The notes under the pieces are model-generated. The model was not told the origin of the DNA and searched no databases. It worked only from the letters and a program-made list of their open reading frames with translations. DNA of 64,000 nt from a virus, in IMG/VR virus record IMGVR_UViG_3300030387_000070; one strand, given 5' to 3'. The position numbers and the translations under genes were made by a program. Shown here piece after piece: positions 24,328-36,300 of this stretch (the first letter of the stretch is position 1; the number at the start of each line of letters is the position of its first letter).

Positions 24328-25488
24328 ATGGCTATTGTTTGTGATGCATCTGCTATTCGTAAGAAGCTTCGTATGCTTGTGTATGGCGAGCAGGGAACTG
24401 GTAAGTCTCGATTTGCTATGCAGTTCTGCTACATGAAGACTCCTGAAGGTCGTCCGTTCCGTGTTCTGTATCTGGATACTGAGTCTGGTTCTATCGACGA
24501 TTATCGTGAGGAACTGATGGAGAATGGGCTCGACCCGATGAATCTCCGTATCGTTTACACTCAGTCTCTCGCAGAGGTACAGGATTTCATCCATACCGTT
24601 GCAGATAATGAGGACTTCGAGGATGAAGATGGTAACGTTTGGCTGGATGCAGATGGCAAGCCTTTCCGTGCCGATGCTATCGTTGTTGACTCTGCAACTA
24701 TTCTTAATCTAACCACAAAACAGGGCTTGACCAATTTCTCGCAGAAGCGTGCAAAGGTTAAGGCTGCAGCACAGGGTCTGACCGGCGACGAGAAGTCGGT
24801 GAAGATTGAGGGTGCTGGTATGGAGTTGAAGGATTATCAGCAGCTGAACTTTAAGGGTCAGTCCCTGATTCTGGATCTGAATGCAACTGGTGTGAGCTAC
24901 ATCGTTATTTGCCGTGAGAAGGATGAGACTGAAACCAAGCTGGTGAATGGTTCTTCTGTGAGCGTTTCTACCGGTCGCAAGATTCCTGATGGCTTTAAGG
25001 GTCAGGAGTATAATGTCGGCACCGAGTTCCGTATGTACCATCCCGGCGATGATAAGTCTATCAACTTTGCTTATTTTGATAAGGATCGCACCGGTGTTCA
25101 TAATGGCGGTGAGGTTGTCGAAGACCTGACTCTGCTTGAGTATCAGGAGTATCTTGACCGCTCTGCAAAGAACCGTGAGGTCATCATCAAGAATGGTCTG
25201 AATGATGCAGTTAAGACCGAGATGAAGCTTCGTGCTCGTGAACTTGGTCTTGATGACAATGATATCAGTGATGATGCTCCTGCAGAGAACACCTCCGAAT
25301 CTAAGGAGCCTTCTCTGGATGACATTAAGGCAAAGCTGAACGATCTGATTGCTTCCGCTTCTCCTGTAAAGAAGAGTGCAGCACAGAAGGCAGTTAAGGC
25401 GGCTGGCCTGTCTACCGCATTCCGTTCCATGACTGACATCGAGGAACTGAAGAAGGTTGCCGCAATCATGGAGAAGGAACTGGCTTAA
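24328..25488 (+). CDS. RecA-like NTPase of the AAA_24 / Sak4-like recombination family
   Basis: Walker A YGEQGTGKS, followed by a hydrophobic strand ending in aspartate (VLYLDTESG). Confidence 0.5.
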   Translation: MAIVCDASAIRKKLRMLVYGEQGTGKSRFAMQFCYMKTPEGRPFRVLYLDTESGSIDDYREELMENGLDPMNLRIVYTQSLAEVQDFIHTVADNEDFEDEDGNVWLDADGKPFRADAIVVDSATILNLTTKQGLTNFSQKRAKVKAAAQGLTGDEKSVKIEGAGMELKDYQQLNFKGQSLILDLNATGVSYIVICREKDETETKLVNGSSVSVSTGRKIPDGFKGQEYNVGTEFRMYHPGDDKSINFAYFDKDRTGVHNGGEVVEDLTLLEYQEYLDRSAKNREVIIKNGLNDAVKTEMKLRARELGLDDNDISDDAPAENTSESKEPSLDDIKAKLNDLIASASPVKKSAAQKAVKAAGLSTAFRSMTDIEELKKVAAIMEKELA

Positions 25489-26180
25489 TGGAACTTACCC
25501 GTAAATGCAAGATTTGCGGGAAGAACATTTTCATCGAGCGAGACCGTAGCACTTTTTTCTATGACAAGATTGGTTTTTACCATAAGGATTGTTTTGTAGA
25601 GAAAAAGAAAAATCAAAAACGCCCTTGGACAGATGACCTGCTAAGGGCATTTTTTGACAAAGTGAATGACACTACGGATAAAAAGGTCGATGATCTTCTT
25701 TCCAAAAAGAGAGAGCAAGACAAAAATCGTGAGCTTGCTCATATCAAACAGGAAGAGAAAAAGATTCTTTTCGACCATATTCGAGATACATACGCCCCGG
25801 CGGTTGTTCCTGGCAGCTTCTACTCGAAACTTACACAGTTGATTTCCGGTAATTATTACAAATATAGAGGTTCTATTCCTCCGCTAGAACTTTACGATAT
25901 GTGGGTTCTAGCGAAACCCCGACTAGATAAAATAATTGCCGAGAAAGAAGCAAAAGGCTGTGATATGAGTCAGCGATGGAATTACGACTTGGCTGTTTTA
26001 TTGGCTCAATATCCTAGTTATCTCGAACGAAAAGAAAGACTTGCTTCGATTCGCAGTGAAAGCGAAGACAAAACGAAGGAAAATCTGACTGAAACGGTAC
26101 TGAAACGAATGAAAACAGCACCGAAACAGAGTAAAAACGAGAATGAAATTGATATAAATGCAATTCTCGATGAGATATAA
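25488..26180 (+). CDS. hypothetical zinc-finger protein
   Basis: N-terminal CKICG...H..C motif. Confidence 0.35.
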   Translation: MELTRKCKICGKNIFIERDRSTFFYDKIGFYHKDCFVEKKKNQKRPWTDDLLRAFFDKVNDTTDKKVDDLLSKKREQDKNRELAHIKQEEKKILFDHIRDTYAPAVVPGSFYSKLTQLISGNYYKYRGSIPPLELYDMWVLAKPRLDKIIAEKEAKGCDMSQRWNYDLAVLLAQYPSYLERKERLASIRSESEDKTKENLTETVLKRMKTAPKQSKNENEIDINAILDEI

Positions 26181-26193
26181 AAGAGGTTGGTAA

Positions 26194-27409
26194 ATGGATA
26201 ATACAGTTCATGACGCTCAAAGATTGAAGGAGCTTCAGGCACTCCCTCTTGAGCGAAAGATTCAAATCACTCAAAATCGCATCCAGGAATGGTATATGCA
26301 CTATGATGGCGGTGTGTACGTAAGCTTCTCCGGTGGTAAGGATTCTACTGTACTTGCTCATTTGACAAAGCAGCTGTTCCCAGATGTCCCGCTTGTGTTT
26401 AGTAATACAGGCTTGGAATACTCGTCAATCCAGAAATTTGCACGAAACGCAGATGCTGTTTTTGTTTATCCCAAGATGGGATTTAGTGATGTGGTCTCTA
26501 CATATGGTTATCCTCTTATCTCTAAAGAAGTGGCTGAAGCGATTTACTACGCTAGACGAATCAGAAATAGCGGCGCAGCCACCATGAGAGAGAGAGAGAG
26601 TAAGAACAACTCTCAGGAAAAAACAAGAACTTCTGGGTTTAAGGATGAACTGTCTGGGAGGTGTCTTTAGCAACCCGTGGCTTTACGATGAAACAGGAGT
26701 CTTTCAAGGAAACAGACGGACGATTCTACTTGGTAATGAACCGGGAGCTGAAATGCAGGCTGGAACAAAATCCATGTTCAATAAGGAAAAATGGTTGCCA
26801 GCAACACAAGAACTTCCGTTTGCAATTTCTCATTACTGCTGTTCAGTTATGAAAAAAGGTCCGATGAAGAAGTACGCAAGGGCAACCAAGCGTAAACCTA
26901 TTATTGGAACGTTGACTGATGAAAGTCGTGTTCGCAAGCAAGCTTGGATTCGACATGGGTGTAATGCTTTTGATAGCAAGTCTCCAACAAGTCAGCCTAT
27001 GAGTTTTTGGACTGAGCAGGACGTGCTCACTTTCATCAAACAGTCAGGAATTCAAATTGCAGATGTCTATGGCGATATTGTTCCTACGAGTGATAAGCCG
27101 GATGCGCCATTGTGCTGTACTGGGTGTGATCGTACCGGATGCACGTTTTGCGGATTTGGAGCTCACAACAAGAATGACAATAGATTCTCAACTCTTGCAG
27201 AACTTGACCCAAAGAAGTACGAGTATAGTATGAATGGTGGTCAATGGGTAGACAATCCAAAATATGATGCAACTGCACCAGAGTATGATGGTGTATGGAA
27301 GAATTGGAACCCGAAGAAAATCTGGGTGCCAAGCAAAGAAGGTCTTGGACTGAGAAAAGTTTTCGATATGTTTAATGAACTGTATCCAAACAACAAAATT
27401 CAATATTAA
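26194..27409 (+). pseudogene. PAPS reductase-like (PP-loop SGGKDS) phage protein split into two frames at a (GA)7 tract
   Basis: Frame 1 (26194-26670) carries VSFSGGKDSTVLAHL. Frame 2 (open from 26588; track ORF 26645-27409) carries KSMFNKEKW...CCSVMKK...CTGCDRTGCTFCGF. The switch coincides with GAGAGAGAGAGAGAG at 26586-26600. Confidence 0.55.
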
Positions 27410-27432
27410 AAAATATAAAGGGAGGTGGATGA

Positions 27433-28956
27433 GTGGAACTCATTTCAAATATCCCGAACGAAATTTTATTTGTTGGTGCAATTTACAAGCATCCTGACTA
27501 TTTGGTCGAGTATGGGCATTATGTCAAGAGCAAGTACGATTTTGCCGATGAAGCAACAAAATTTTTCTACGATGCAGCGTTAATTATTTATGAAACTCGG
27601 ACTCAAGAATTTAATAAAACGTCTGTTTTAACGTTTATGGCTGAAGACGAGTCCAGATTGTCCCAATATAAGCGGCTGAAGGGCTGGTCAACCATTGAAT
27701 ACTACATGAGTCTTGCGAATGACGATGATATCAAGGGATATTTCAATATCCTGAAGAAATATTCGCTACTTCGTGAGTATCAGAGAAACGGATTTAACAT
27801 TGAAGGAATCTTGAAGCATCGACAGTTTGAAATGTTTGGTGCTCAGGACATTTACAAATTGATTCGTGGCAAGGCAGACAAGATCAATACGGTTATCATT
27901 ACAAACGATGATGCTGAGATTTTGAATAATGGTCTGCTGCCAATGGTCAATGAACGTCTGAGCGTTCCTGATATGGGCTTGCCGTTCCAGTACCCCATCA
28001 TGAACGATTTATTCCGAGGATTGAAGCTGGGCACTGTGATGTTCAATGGTATGCCATCTAACGCTGGCAAGACTAGATACATGATGGCGATTGTTGCCTA
28101 CGTCACATTAGTTCAAAAGCAAAAAGCTCTTTTGCTGCTGAATGAGATGGATCTTGAGTCAGTCCGGTATTGCTTACTGGTTACCGCCATCAACAATCCT
28201 GAATTTCAAGAGTTGCATGGTCATCGCTTCCACAAGGATGAGCGAGAAATCACTCTTGGAATGTACCGGGATGCAAATGGAAACTTCATCTTCCGAAAGC
28301 AAAACGAAGATGGAGAATACATAGAAAGCATTGATGAGTTTACCGCTCGTGTCTACGAAGAAAGCGAAGAGTACCGCAATGTGCTTGATGTTTGCCAGTG
28401 GATTGAGAGCGAATCACAAGGCTTGATTATCGCAAAGGATGTTTCAGCTGATTATAGTGATAAGTCTCTGCGATTTGAAATCCAGAAGGCAGCTCTCACT
28501 CAGGGAGTTAAGTATGTGTTCTACGATACTCTAAAGAACGATATTGCATCTATTGGTGAATGGGCAGCGTTCAAGGTCACGGCCACCGAGCTTGAAGAGA
28601 TTGCGAAAAATCTAAAGATCTTTATCTATGGTAGCATCCAGTTGGCTGAAAATGCCCATGAGTATCTTCCTGATGAGCTGAATTCAAACAACATTGCTGA
28701 GTCAAAAATGATTAAGCATGTTGCTTGGACGATGGTTTTATTCAAGGAGATTCCAAAAGATAAGTTTGCGAAGTATCAATACATCTCTCATGACCCTGAG
28801 TGGGGCGGTGACTGTGCCCATCGGCTAAATCCAGATAAGCGGTATTACGTTGGAAACATCGATAAGAACCGCTTTGGTGAGAAAAAGAAAATCATGTTTG
28901 AAGTGAATTTGAATCAGAATATTTGGAGAGAGGTCGGTGTCTGCACCAGAAAGTAA
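27433..28956 (+). CDS. DnaB-like replicative helicase
   Basis: GTG start after AAAGGGAGGTGG; Walker A GMPSNAGKTRYM; DnaB-like N-terminal region. Confidence 0.55.
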   Translation: MELISNIPNEILFVGAIYKHPDYLVEYGHYVKSKYDFADEATKFFYDAALIIYETRTQEFNKTSVLTFMAEDESRLSQYKRLKGWSTIEYYMSLANDDDIKGYFNILKKYSLLREYQRNGFNIEGILKHRQFEMFGAQDIYKLIRGKADKINTVIITNDDAEILNNGLLPMVNERLSVPDMGLPFQYPIMNDLFRGLKLGTVMFNGMPSNAGKTRYMMAIVAYVTLVQKQKALLLLNEMDLESVRYCLLVTAINNPEFQELHGHRFHKDEREITLGMYRDANGNFIFRKQNEDGEYIESIDEFTARVYEESEEYRNVLDVCQWIESESQGLIIAKDVSADYSDKSLRFEIQKAALTQGVKYVFYDTLKNDIASIGEWAAFKVTATELEEIAKNLKIFIYGSIQLAENAHEYLPDELNSNNIAESKMIKHVAWTMVLFKEIPKDKFAKYQYISHDPEWGGDCAHRLNPDKRYYVGNIDKNRFGEKKKIMFEVNLNQNIWREVGVCTRK

Positions 28957-28965
28957 GGAACTACA

Positions 28966-29988
28966 ATGGTAAATATCGCAGATCTGAAAAATTACATTCT
29001 TGAAGAACAGCAGATTGAACCGATTCTGGAGGAACTTGGTTGTCATCATATCAGTCACAAGACTGGTTATTACCAGTGTGCAAATCCAGATGGTGACAAT
29101 AGAACGGCACTCTGTATCTACGAGAATGAGAATCTTACTGCGGTAGATTACACACGAGATATTGCCAATGGAAAGACCAGTTATGATTTGATTTCTGTCG
29201 TCCAGTTCTTTCTGGAACTGTCTTTCCCAAAAGCCATTAAGCAAATCTGCGAATGGGTTGGTCTTGACTACTATCACAACTTTGAGGAAGACCTTCCTAA
29301 AAGTATGTTGATTCTAAAAGAGCTCATTGCCATGCAAAATGAAGGCGAAGAATACGAGGATGACCGTCCGATAGTCCCCATCTCCGAAGCCATTCTCGGT
29401 TATTACAAACCTTATGTGAACCAGATTTTTGCTGATGATGGGATATCTTATGAGACGCAGCAGGAGTTTGAAATTGGCTTTGATGAATTGACAAATAGAA
29501 TCACGATTCCAATCAGAGACGAAATTGGCACTCTGGTTGGTGTAAAGGGAAGATACTTCGGCAAGCCGCCTGAAGGCGAGATGAAGTACAAGTATATTGA
29601 GCCGTGTGCCAGAAACCGTATTCTGTATGGCCTGTATAAGACAGAGCCGTATATCAAGAATGAAGGTCTGGTATATGTTGGTGAAGCTGAAAAGTCTGTC
29701 ATGCAGATGTGGAACATAGATGTCTGCAACTGTGTGGCGACTGGCGGTAAGAAGGTTTCACAGAATCAAATTGAAATTTTGACACGTCTTTGCGTTGATA
29801 TTTGCTTTGTCTTTGATAAAGACGTTCAGCTTAGTGAGCTTATGGTTCTCGCCAATCGATTCGTCGATGGCGTAAGTGTGTATGCTGTAGTAGATGATAA
29901 AGGGATTCTGGATGAAAAGGAAGCCCCAACTGATAATCCTGAAAAATTTAAGGCATTGATTGAGAATTGTGTTAGGAGAATTAAATGA
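28966..29988 (+). CDS. DNA primase (CHC2 zinc finger plus TOPRIM)
   Basis: CHHISHKTGYYQCANPDG...C zinc finger; YVGEAEKSV / VATGGKK TOPRIM-like segment. Confidence 0.55.
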   Translation: MVNIADLKNYILEEQQIEPILEELGCHHISHKTGYYQCANPDGDNRTALCIYENENLTAVDYTRDIANGKTSYDLISVVQFFLELSFPKAIKQICEWVGLDYYHNFEEDLPKSMLILKELIAMQNEGEEYEDDRPIVPISEAILGYYKPYVNQIFADDGISYETQQEFEIGFDELTNRITIPIRDEIGTLVGVKGRYFGKPPEGEMKYKYIEPCARNRILYGLYKTEPYIKNEGLVYVGEAEKSVMQMWNIDVCNCVATGGKKVSQNQIEILTRLCVDICFVFDKDVQLSELMVLANRFVDGVSVYAVVDDKGILDEKEAPTDNPEKFKALIENCVRRIK

Positions 29989-31709
29989 ATGTAAAACTCT
30001 GGAAGGGGAGTAGGAACGACCTATCAGACCCGATTGGAACGATTATGGAGAACAGAGGGGTTGAGGATTATAAGACCTACATGAACCTAGATGATTCTTG
30101 TCTGAATTCTCCGTGGGAACTGGACAACATGGAAGATGCTGTCATGATGTTGAATAAACACCTTTGGAAAAAGTCTACCATCTCTATCCTTGTAGACTGT
30201 GATGTGGACGGTTTTACAAGTGCTTCGATGATGTTTCAGTATTTGAAGGCGATTGGTTATTTTAGAAAAATCAATGTTCTGTATCATAGTGGCAAGGAAC
30301 ATGGACTCTCTAAAGAAATTGAGGTTCCACCTGAAACTACTTTGCTGATTATTCCTGACGCTGGCAGCAATGATGTTGAGCAGTGTAGGGAACTCCATGA
30401 AAAGGGCATTGATATTTTGATTCTTGATCATCATATCTGCGATAGAGAAAATCCTTACGCGATAATTGTCAACAACCAGAATGGCACATATCCTAACAAG
30501 GAACTGTCCGGTGCGGGTGTTGTGTATAAGTTCCTTCAGGCTGTTGATGAAAGTAATTGGACTGATGTTGCAGACCGATATCTTGATTTGGTGGCGGTCG
30601 GAAATATTGGTGATGTAATGGATATGCACTCGCATGAAACAAAACGGCTTTGTACAAAGGGCTTGGCACGAATTGTGAATCCGATGATTTGTGCTCTGGT
30701 TGAGGCGAATAGCTTCAACATTAAGGGTGACCCTACTATCAATGATGTTCAGTTCTACATTGTCCCGATGATGAATGCACTGATTCGTGTTGGCTCATCT
30801 GAACAAAAGAAGCGGATGTTTCGTGCAATGGTCAGTGAAGAACAGACTTTCCAATACACTCCGACTCGTGGTAAGAATGCTGGTGTCACGATTGATGAAA
30901 CTCTTGCGCAGCATGTGGCTCGTGAGTGTTCCTCTTGTAAGTATCAACAGAATAAAATCAAGGACAAGGCTGTTGGAGAGCTTCAGAAGTTGATTGAAAA
31001 GCACGGTGCAGACCAGAACAAGATTCTTTTCTGCAACTCCACAGGTGTTCTTGATAACACTTTGACTGGTGTTGTGGCAATCAAGCTTGCTGAAATGTAT
31101 GCGAAACCGTGCGTGTTGCTCCGTACTTTTACTGACGAACCGGATTATTATGGTGGTTCGATGAGAAATCCTGACGGTTCTCCGATTGAAAGCCTAAAGG
31201 AATTCTTGATGAGCACCGGAGATTTTGAATCGGTTCTTGGTCATGACAATGCTGCTGGTGTGAAAATCAAGAAAGAAAATGTGTCAAAGGCTATTGCAGA
31301 CTGTGATGAGCTACTTAAAGATGTCACGATGAGTAAGGCAATCGTGGTTGACTTTGATTTTGATTACAATAAATTGAACGTTGCATTGCCGAAAACGATG
31401 TATGAGATGCACAAAATCTGGGCACAGGGTATTTCTGAGCCGTATTTCTACATTAGAAACATTCCGCTTGTTCATAGTGGATGTGCTCCGATGGGCAAAA
31501 ACGGTAATATGTGGAAGTATTCTGATGAAGAAAAAGGCATTGATTTTGTGTGTTTTAATGACAATGGCCGGATGATTGGCTGGATTAACAATGACTTCTA
31601 TGGTGGTCAAGAAGAAAAATACATCAATGCTGTATGCCGGTTGTCTTTGAATCAGTATGGAAACAAGGTGACTCCGCAGGCACAGATTGTTGATTTTGAG
31701 GTGATTTGA
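29985..31709 (+). CDS. DHH-family phosphoesterase, RecJ-like ssDNA exonuclease
   Basis: DHH motifs DCDVDG and ILDHHI. Confidence 0.55.
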   Translation: MNVKLWKGSRNDLSDPIGTIMENRGVEDYKTYMNLDDSCLNSPWELDNMEDAVMMLNKHLWKKSTISILVDCDVDGFTSASMMFQYLKAIGYFRKINVLYHSGKEHGLSKEIEVPPETTLLIIPDAGSNDVEQCRELHEKGIDILILDHHICDRENPYAIIVNNQNGTYPNKELSGAGVVYKFLQAVDESNWTDVADRYLDLVAVGNIGDVMDMHSHETKRLCTKGLARIVNPMICALVEANSFNIKGDPTINDVQFYIVPMMNALIRVGSSEQKKRMFRAMVSEEQTFQYTPTRGKNAGVTIDETLAQHVARECSSCKYQQNKIKDKAVGELQKLIEKHGADQNKILFCNSTGVLDNTLTGVVAIKLAEMYAKPCVLLRTFTDEPDYYGGSMRNPDGSPIESLKEFLMSTGDFESVLGHDNAAGVKIKKENVSKAIADCDELLKDVTMSKAIVVDFDFDYNKLNVALPKTMYEMHKIWAQGISEPYFYIRNIPLVHSGCAPMGKNGNMWKYSDEEKGIDFVCFNDNGRMIGWINNDFYGGQEEKYINAVCRLSLNQYGNKVTPQAQIVDFEVI

Positions 31710-31710
31710 T

Positions 31711-32058
31711 ATGGGAAATCGGAAGCGTGCTATTGCCATCGACTTTGATGGCACTCTCTGTGAGAATAATTATCCCGATATTGGTGAGCCAAACTGGAAT
31801 GTAATTTATGAAGCAATTCAGGAACAGAAGCATGGTGCGGGCTTGATTCTATGGACTTGCCGGGAAGGGAAGCTCTTGTATGACGCAATGGAAGCTTGCT
31901 TCGATTGGGGCATTCAGTTTGATGCAATCAATGAGAGCCTTCCTGAGTGGAAAGAGCATTTTGGCACTGCTCCTAGAAAGGTTGGAGCTGATGAATATTG
32001 GGATGATAAGGCTAAAGTTGTAAAGAATGGAGAGTTGATTGATAATGCTGATGCCTGA
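31711..32058 (+). CDS. HAD-superfamily small phosphatase-like protein
   Basis: Motif I IDFDGTLC. Confidence 0.4.
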   Translation: MGNRKRAIAIDFDGTLCENNYPDIGEPNWNVIYEAIQEQKHGAGLILWTCREGKLLYDAMEACFDWGIQFDAINESLPEWKEHFGTAPRKVGADEYWDDKAKVVKNGELIDNADA

Positions 32059-32230
32059 ACAGTTTGAAGCAGACGTTAAAGAATTTATCGCAGAATGCCA
32101 AAGCCATCCAGTGATAGATTTATCAAAAGATGATCCATGCGAAGGATGTCGCTTTGAGGACTTTTGCGATAGGTTTTATCCGGGCGATGGTAGCACATGG
32201 CATTGGCGAGTTTATGAAGGGGGCGAATGA
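32039..32230 (+). CDS. hypothetical protein
   Basis: ORF; start uncertain between 32039 and 32048. Confidence 0.3.
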   Translation: MIMLMPEQFEADVKEFIAECQSHPVIDLSKDDPCEGCRFEDFCDRFYPGDGSTWHWRVYEGGE

Positions 32231-32989
32231 ATGGTTTACATTACAGGTGATATTCATGGTGATTTTAATCGTCTCTTAAAGCTAAATAAGTTTTGCCATA
32301 AACACAATCTTGGAAGGAATGACTGGATTGTCTGCCTTGGCGATGTCGGTTTGAACTACTACGGCAAGGATGACCCTCGTGAATGGAGTATCAAGACCAT
32401 CGCCGCAGATATTCCTGCAAATCTGTTTTGTATTCATGGCAACCACGAGCGCCGCCCGTCTCGTAAGGATGGTTACAAACTAAGGAAGATTTGTGGTGAT
32501 ATTTGCGGAAGAGTGTGGTATGACCCGCAGTATCCAAACCAGTATTTTGCTATTGATGGTGAGGTTTACCAGATTTCTGCTGATATGGAAATTTTGAACT
32601 GCCTTGTTTGCGGCGGAGCTTATTCCGTAGATAAATATTATCGGTTGGAGCGGGGATATAATTGGTTTCCCGATGAACAGCCGAATGAAAAAATAAAAAA
32701 GAAAGTTGCGCAGCAGGTAAACGATAGTAATATCGATGTTGTGTTAAGTCACACCTGTCCGACACGCTACGTTCCTACAGAGTTGTTTCTTAGTTGTGTT
32801 GATCAAAGCACTGTTGATAGTTCTACGGAAGAGTTTCTTGATGATATTCTTGATATTCTGGAAGAGACTCATATTGGTAAGCCGTTCTGGTATTTTGGTC
32901 ACTTCCATGGAAATAAATACACTGACAATTATGTGATGCTTTTTGATGATGTTATTAAATTTGGAGATAAGGTGAATACGGATGACTAA
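32231..32989 (+). CDS. calcineurin-like metallophosphoesterase
   Basis: Motifs GDIHGD, GDVG and GNHE. Confidence 0.65.
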   Translation: MVYITGDIHGDFNRLLKLNKFCHKHNLGRNDWIVCLGDVGLNYYGKDDPREWSIKTIAADIPANLFCIHGNHERRPSRKDGYKLRKICGDICGRVWYDPQYPNQYFAIDGEVYQISADMEILNCLVCGGAYSVDKYYRLERGYNWFPDEQPNEKIKKKVAQQVNDSNIDVVLSHTCPTRYVPTELFLSCVDQSTVDSSTEEFLDDILDILEETHIGKPFWYFGHFHGNKYTDNYVMLFDDVIKFGDKVNTDD

Positions 32990-33305
32990 AGATAAAAGTT
33001 TACGAGTGCTTGATTATATTGATGGCAAGGAAATCCTCATTCAAATGGGTGAGGAAGGTTCTGAGCTGTCGAAAGCTGCGATAAAGTTTTATCGTGCAAT
33101 TGACATGAAGAACCCAACACCTGTAAGTATCAATGAAGCTTACGAAAATCTCGTAGAAGAATTCGGTGATGTGTTGAACTGTATCTACGCATACTATGAT
33201 GATGACGAGGATTGCATCTTAGCGTTTACATCGAAAGCGAATGAGATTGCTAACGAGAAGCGCAAGCGCTGGATTAAGCGTCTGAAGGAACGCGACCAGT
33301 TTTAA
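32982..33305 (+). CDS. MazG-like nucleotide pyrophosphohydrolase domain protein
   Basis: EEGSELSKA and EEFGDVL motif pair. Confidence 0.45.
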   Translation: MTKDKSLRVLDYIDGKEILIQMGEEGSELSKAAIKFYRAIDMKNPTPVSINEAYENLVEEFGDVLNCIYAYYDDDEDCILAFTSKANEIANEKRKRWIKRLKERDQF

Positions 33306-33323
33306 TGGTGAAAGGAGAATAGA

Positions 33324-36300
33324 ATGCCAAGTAGTCTACACACACACTCGAATTACAGTCTACTAGATGGGTACTCTTCTCCTGAAGAAAATCTAAAAAG
33401 AGCATCAGAACTTGGTTTGAAAGCCATTGCCATTACGGAACATGGTGAGGTAACAAGCTGGCCGTACTATTCTGAACTAAAAGGCAAGTATCCGAATGTC
33501 AAACTTCTTTATGGTATCGAGGCATACGAGTGCGAAGATAGGGAAGTCAAGGACAAGAATAGTAAATATTGGCATTTAATCATTATTGCCAAGAACGAAG
33601 CTGGTCGTCAGGCAGTCAATCGCTTATCTACACTCGGTCATCTTCATGGCTTTTACAGCCGTCCTCGTATCACAAAAGAGGATATCGCTAAGGAAGATAC
33701 GAATAATTTGATTATCCTGTCTGCTTGTTTGGCGAGTAGGCTGTCAAGAACGGATGATTATGACACTTGTGTCAAGCTGGTTCAAGAGTATAAGAGCTTA
33801 TTCCCTCACTATTATCTTGAGGTTCAGGCTCATGCAAACAGTGAACAAGCAAAATATAATCAGAAAATCATGCGGTTGGCAAACGATACTCATACAAAAG
33901 TAGTCGTCACAAACGATGTTCATGCTGCTACCAAAGAGGATCTTTATTATCAAGATTATTTCCTTCGTATCGCTCATGATACGGAAACCGCCACAGAAAT
34001 CTATGAAGGGTGCTACTTCATGTCTCGTGATGAGCAGCATAGAGCCCTTGATAATCAGATTGGATACGATGCGGCAGAATGGTGTATCAATAATACTGAC
34101 GAGGTTGCTGATCTGTGTGATGATGTGGATATGCCTTGGCATGAACCGGAACTTCCCAAAATTGAGATTCCGCCACAGTATTCTAATTCGGCAGCTTATC
34201 TGAAAGACCTTGTAAAAGAGGGATGTAAGAAACGTAGCATTGATAAGTTTGATGTAGAAAAGCAGAAAATCTATCGAAAACGTGTTGATGATGAGCTGTT
34301 TGTCATTGAGAAGAAAGACTTCTGTGACTACTTTTTGATTCTGGTTGATTACATCAACTGGTGTAAGAAAAATGATGTCATTGTTGGCCCTGGTCGTGGT
34401 TCTGCTGCTGGTTCTCTTGTATGTTACCTGATTGGCATTACGCAGCTTGATTCCATCAAGTATGAACTTGACTTCGGACGATTCCTTACCATTGAGCGAA
34501 AAGACCTTCCTGACGTTGATGTTGATGTCAGTGACCGTGCCAAGGTTGTCGAGTATCTGACACAGAAGTATGGAGAAGATCGAGTAGTTCAGGTTATGAA
34601 CATCGTGTACACTACTCCGGTTACTTCAATTCAAGATGTTGGTAAGGTGCTCGGTTTCCCGTATGCCGAGATAAGAAAAATCAGTGAGAAGTTCGTTCAA
34701 AAGACATGGAAAGATTGCCTTGAAGCCAACACAGAAGTAGCTGAGAATCCAAAATATAAGGAACTACTTGATATTGCAAGTCATATCAATGGTCGCCCAC
34801 GAGGATATGGTATCCATGCTGGCGGTGTTATTGTTTGCCGACATCCTTATTACGAGTATATCGGTATCCGGCATGGTACTGACGGAGAGCACGTTATTTC
34901 CGTTGATAAGGTGATGGACGAGAAGATTGGACTTGTTAAGTTTGATATTCTTGGTGTTGCGTCGCTGGTTGCCATTGATGAAGCGAAGCGTGAGGATAAT
35001 ATTCCAGACTGGGAAATTGATATCAACAATCCTGAATTTGAAAACGACAAGGCAACTTACGATTTGATTTGCTCCGGTAAGACAGACAATCTATTCCAGA
35101 TTGAATCGTCCGGCATGAAAGATCTGGTTGCGCAGCTTCAACCTAGGTCGATTGAAGAACTATCCGCTTTGATTGCTCTTTATCGCCCTGATGCAATGCC
35201 GTCCATTCCTACATACGTTGACTGCAAGTATCATCCCGAACACATTCATTATTTCCATCCTGATATGGAACCAATTTTCCGCAGTACCTATGGCGTGAAC
35301 ATCTATCAGGAACAGAGTATGAAGCTCACAAAGGTCTTTGGTGGCCGAAGCGATGCTGGTGCTGATAGAATGCGTAAGTGCTTGGCAAAGAAAAAACCTG
35401 AGAAGGTCAAGGAAGAGGTAGAACTTCTTCACGATGAAATTCTTGCAAATGGATACGATAAAGCAACCGCTGAGTATATTTGTAACGAGTTGTCAACGAA
35501 GGGCGGCTATGGTTTCAATAAGTGTATTTCTGGCAACACGAAGTTGTGGAGAATGAGAAGTGGTCGGTTTGAGCCTACTGTTGCAGAAATGTACAAGATT
35601 CGCAATGATAGGAAGTTTGCTATCTTGACAAATCACACACATCTTAGGGACAAATATAGACGATACGGTTACGGTAGTGCGTTGTCAATGTGTGATGATG
35701 GACGCATTCGGATGAATAAAATTATTGATATCAAGTATTCTGGATATCGAATGCTGTATCGTGTAACAACTGAGACCGGTGCGACCATTGAATGTACAGA
35801 TAATCATAAATTCCCGACAACTGATGGCATTAAGTTGCTTTCTGATATGAGAATTGGTGATGAGTTATATGAGATTGGTGCTTATGAGGTTTGCAGAAAC
35901 AAGTATAATCTGACGGATGGAAATTTCGAAAGCAATTTGCCGAAGCCGGGACAAATGGGGTTCCAGACGAAGGAATTTAGTGCGAATCGTCTGTTTGAAG
36001 AGACGAAAGAAAAGAATAGACTGAAAAGAAGCCCATGTGAAATTTGCGGTAGAGAATATTCCGAAGATGCTCGTTTTGAAGTACACCACAAAGATTTTGA
36101 CCATACGCATAATGTACCTGATAACTATACTTGGTGCTGTGCATCGTGTCACAAGAAACTTCATTACGCTCACGGGCGAGTAAAACAGTATGAAAAGGGC
36201 ATCCCGTCAAAGACCGCTAAGATTATTTCTATTGAGGAAATTGGTTTTGATGATGTCTATGATGTGACAATGGATGCTCCGAATCACAATTTTGTAGTGT

